60,605 nucleotides of DNA, taken from the NCBI GenBank assembly GCA_900320425.1, contig ONSF01000004.1, positions 1-60,605 of the forward strand, read 5' to 3'. The DNA is from an uncultured Eubacteriales bacterium (GTDB lineage Bacteria; Bacillota_I; Bacilli_A; RF39; UBA660). A model generated the notes under the pieces. It made no database searches, was not told the origin of the DNA, and worked only from the letters and a program-made list of their open reading frames with translations. The translations under genes were made by a program, and so were the position numbers. Of the stretch, positions 59,082 through 60,605 are shown in pieces (position 1 is the first letter of the stretch; every line of letters starts with the position of its first letter).

Positions 59082-59774
59082 TTATTTTGAACAATTATCT
59101 TTCAATTCTAAAGGTATTTTATAGACTATTATATTATCATCTTTATCTTTTGCATTAATCTCTAAATAAAGACTTTCATTTGTATAATTATTACAAATTT
59201 TAGAGTAATTATCAATTTTAAATTCTATATCCTTTAAAAAATTTTCTAAAGTAATATTCTTTTTATTATTGCAACTACTTATTATTTTATTCGTATCATT
59301 ATTTTTTTCATATAAATTACAATCTATTTCATTATAAAGATTTTTATTATCTATTCCACAGTAATCAATAGAAGAAATATAGATTGATGATTTATCTTTA
59401 TTGTAAGCAATACTTCCAGATACTTTAAAATCCTTACAACTTGCTGAAATTGTTTTAAAATTAAAAGATGTATTCGATTTATAAAATATTAAATATAAAA
59501 GTAAAGAAAGAAAAACCAATATAATACCTATCATGATAAGGAGATGCTTTAATCTTCTTGGCTTTTTAAATTCTCCTTCTAAAATATTATCTATAGATAC
59601 ATTAAAATCTTGACTTATTTGTTTTAATAAAGCTATATCCGGAAGATTTATTCCGTTTTCCCATTTAGATACAGCTTGATAAGTAATGGCATATTTATCA
59701 GCAAATTCTTTTTGAGTTAAACCACTCTTTTTTCTTAATTCTTTAATAAAAGCTCCAACTTTTTGAGGTTCCAT
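59082..59774 (-). CDS. Membrane-anchored XRE family transcriptional regulator with a Cys-rich extracytoplasmic domain.
   Basis: IKELRKKSGLTQKEFADKYAITYQAVSKWENG HTH, the TM segment LLIMIGIILVFLSLLLYLIFY, then 130 aa with 7 Cys. Confidence 0.8.
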   Translation of the reverse strand: MEPQKVGAFIKELRKKSGLTQKEFADKYAITYQAVSKWENGINLPDIALLKQISQDFNVSIDNILEGEFKKPRRLKHLLIMIGIILVFLSLLLYLIFYKSNTSFNFKTISASCKDFKVSGSIAYNKDKSSIYISSIDYCGIDNKNLYNEIDCNLYEKNNDTNKIISSCNNKKNITLENFLKDIEFKIDNYSKICNNYTNESLYLEINAKDKDDNIIVYKIPLELKDNCSK

Positions 59775-60100
59775 AATACCACCACCTTTAATTTTTTAAT
59801 TTAATTACTGTTGATAATATTCTTAATAAATTCTTTTAATATATTAATAAGTATAATTTAATCATAACAGATCTTTATTTTTAATATGATCATAAATATC
59901 TTTAATTGTATATTCTTGTTTTTGATTTTTTCTTACATTAAATATAACATCTTTTTATTTAGTATTATAAGATTTACTTTTTACCATACCATCATTTCTT
60001 CCAGTATGAAAATAATTTTCATGTTAAATTATACATTTTATTTTAAATTATTGCAATAGAAAAGATCAAACTTATCGTTTGGTCTATTGTAGCGAATAAA

Positions 60101-60370
60101 TTATTTTACTTCAAATGGATCACTATACAAAGTAACAAAGTCCTTATCTTTTACAATCCTATATGTTCCTTTTTTTAATTTTCCATATAAACTATTCCAA
60201 TCAAGTTTAATTTCTGTAATTCCTTTTTCGTTAGGAACCATTATTTTCATTAATTGTTCAATAGTTGAATTTGATTTTAAATCATACCATACATTAGCTT
60301 CTGATAGCCTTTGTAGTGAATAGTAAGTATTCCAGAATGTAGGTATATCATTTTTATTATATGCAAGTAA
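60101..60370 (-). pseudogene. Start-less gene remnant (Ig-like/beta-sandwich C-terminal fragment).
   Basis: 89 codons are open between two stops (..NDIPTFWNTYYSLQRLSEANVWYDL...EIKLDWNSLYGKLKKGTYRIVKD..LYSDPFEVK). There is no in-frame ATG/GTG/TTG until codon 45 and no RBS. Confidence 0.4.
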
Positions 60371-60409
60371 TTATAAAATAATCTTAATATCTTAATCTTC
60401 CGAGCCTTT

Positions 60410-60595
60410 TTATTTGTTGGTTTTTATATCCTGAATCATTGCACCATTAATGACTCTAATGCATTCATCCTCTTTTATCTTTATCCAATACCCTTCAATT
60501 GCTACAACTATACCCGTCAATTGTATATGTTCATCTCCCATTAATGTTATTGTACAATTTTTATCAATAAACTCATTTAATAATTCTACTGGCAT
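60410..60595 (-). CDS. Hypothetical small protein (61 aa).
   Basis: GGAGG RBS at the window edge and a compact beta-rich sequence. The function is unknown. Confidence 0.55.
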   Translation of the reverse strand: MPVELLNEFIDKNCTITLMGDEHIQLTGIVVAIEGYWIKIKEDECIRVINGAMIQDIKTNK

Positions 60596-60605
60596 ATTAT
60601 CCTCC

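Noticed and set aside
1-60605. Scan for CRISPR arrays, rRNA/tRNA genes, IS elements, integrases other than xerD, and phage or defence-system genes.
   Set aside because: I saw no regularly spaced repeats, structured-RNA GC islands other than the T-box and L21 leaders, transposase-like ORFs, or recognisable defence genes.

Overview
Very AT-rich chromosomal window from a low-GC, cell-walled Bacillota-type bacterium. Supporting signs are the Firmicute gene orders rpsU-yqeY, cdd-era-yqzL-recO, rplU-prp-rpmA and xerD-deoB, plus a T-box leader, a sortase and a Gtr-type glycosylation module. The standard genetic code fits: TGG encodes Trp and ORFs have normal lengths. Content is mostly housekeeping. 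I saw no rRNA, tRNA, CRISPR array, transposase or prophage. Genes run almost entirely on + from about 7 kb to 28.5 kb and almost entirely on - from 29.4 kb to the end. They converge on a 0.7-0.9 kb extremely AT-rich spacer that holds a dif-like site, with xerD 2 kb away, so I read this as the replication terminus. The main accessory content and oddities are as follows.
1. A compact double-glycine bacteriocin locus at 7.0-9.5 kb. It has a C39-peptidase ABC exporter, two GG-leader peptides missing from the ORF track, and a 39-aa membrane ORF. It sits divergent from a LexA-like repressor, with a palindrome in the shared control region.
2. A 638-aa secreted or surface protein with two WWL...GVRPS modules. 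Their DNA forms sharp GC-rich, NNC-codon islands in an otherwise roughly 24% GC gene.
3. A sigma-70 gene upstream of ftsA-ftsZ broken by one in-frame TAA.
4. An orphan Flp-type pilin and an orphan type IV pilin-like gene.
5. An unknown ORF translationally nested between xseA and xseB.
6. An Ala-specific T-box controlling a kinase-alaS-holA operon.
7. A co-directional block of membrane-XRE regulator, ATP-grasp, sortase B, Y-family polymerase, YolD and YjbR.
All calls rest on reading the translations and the DNA by eye. No database search was run.
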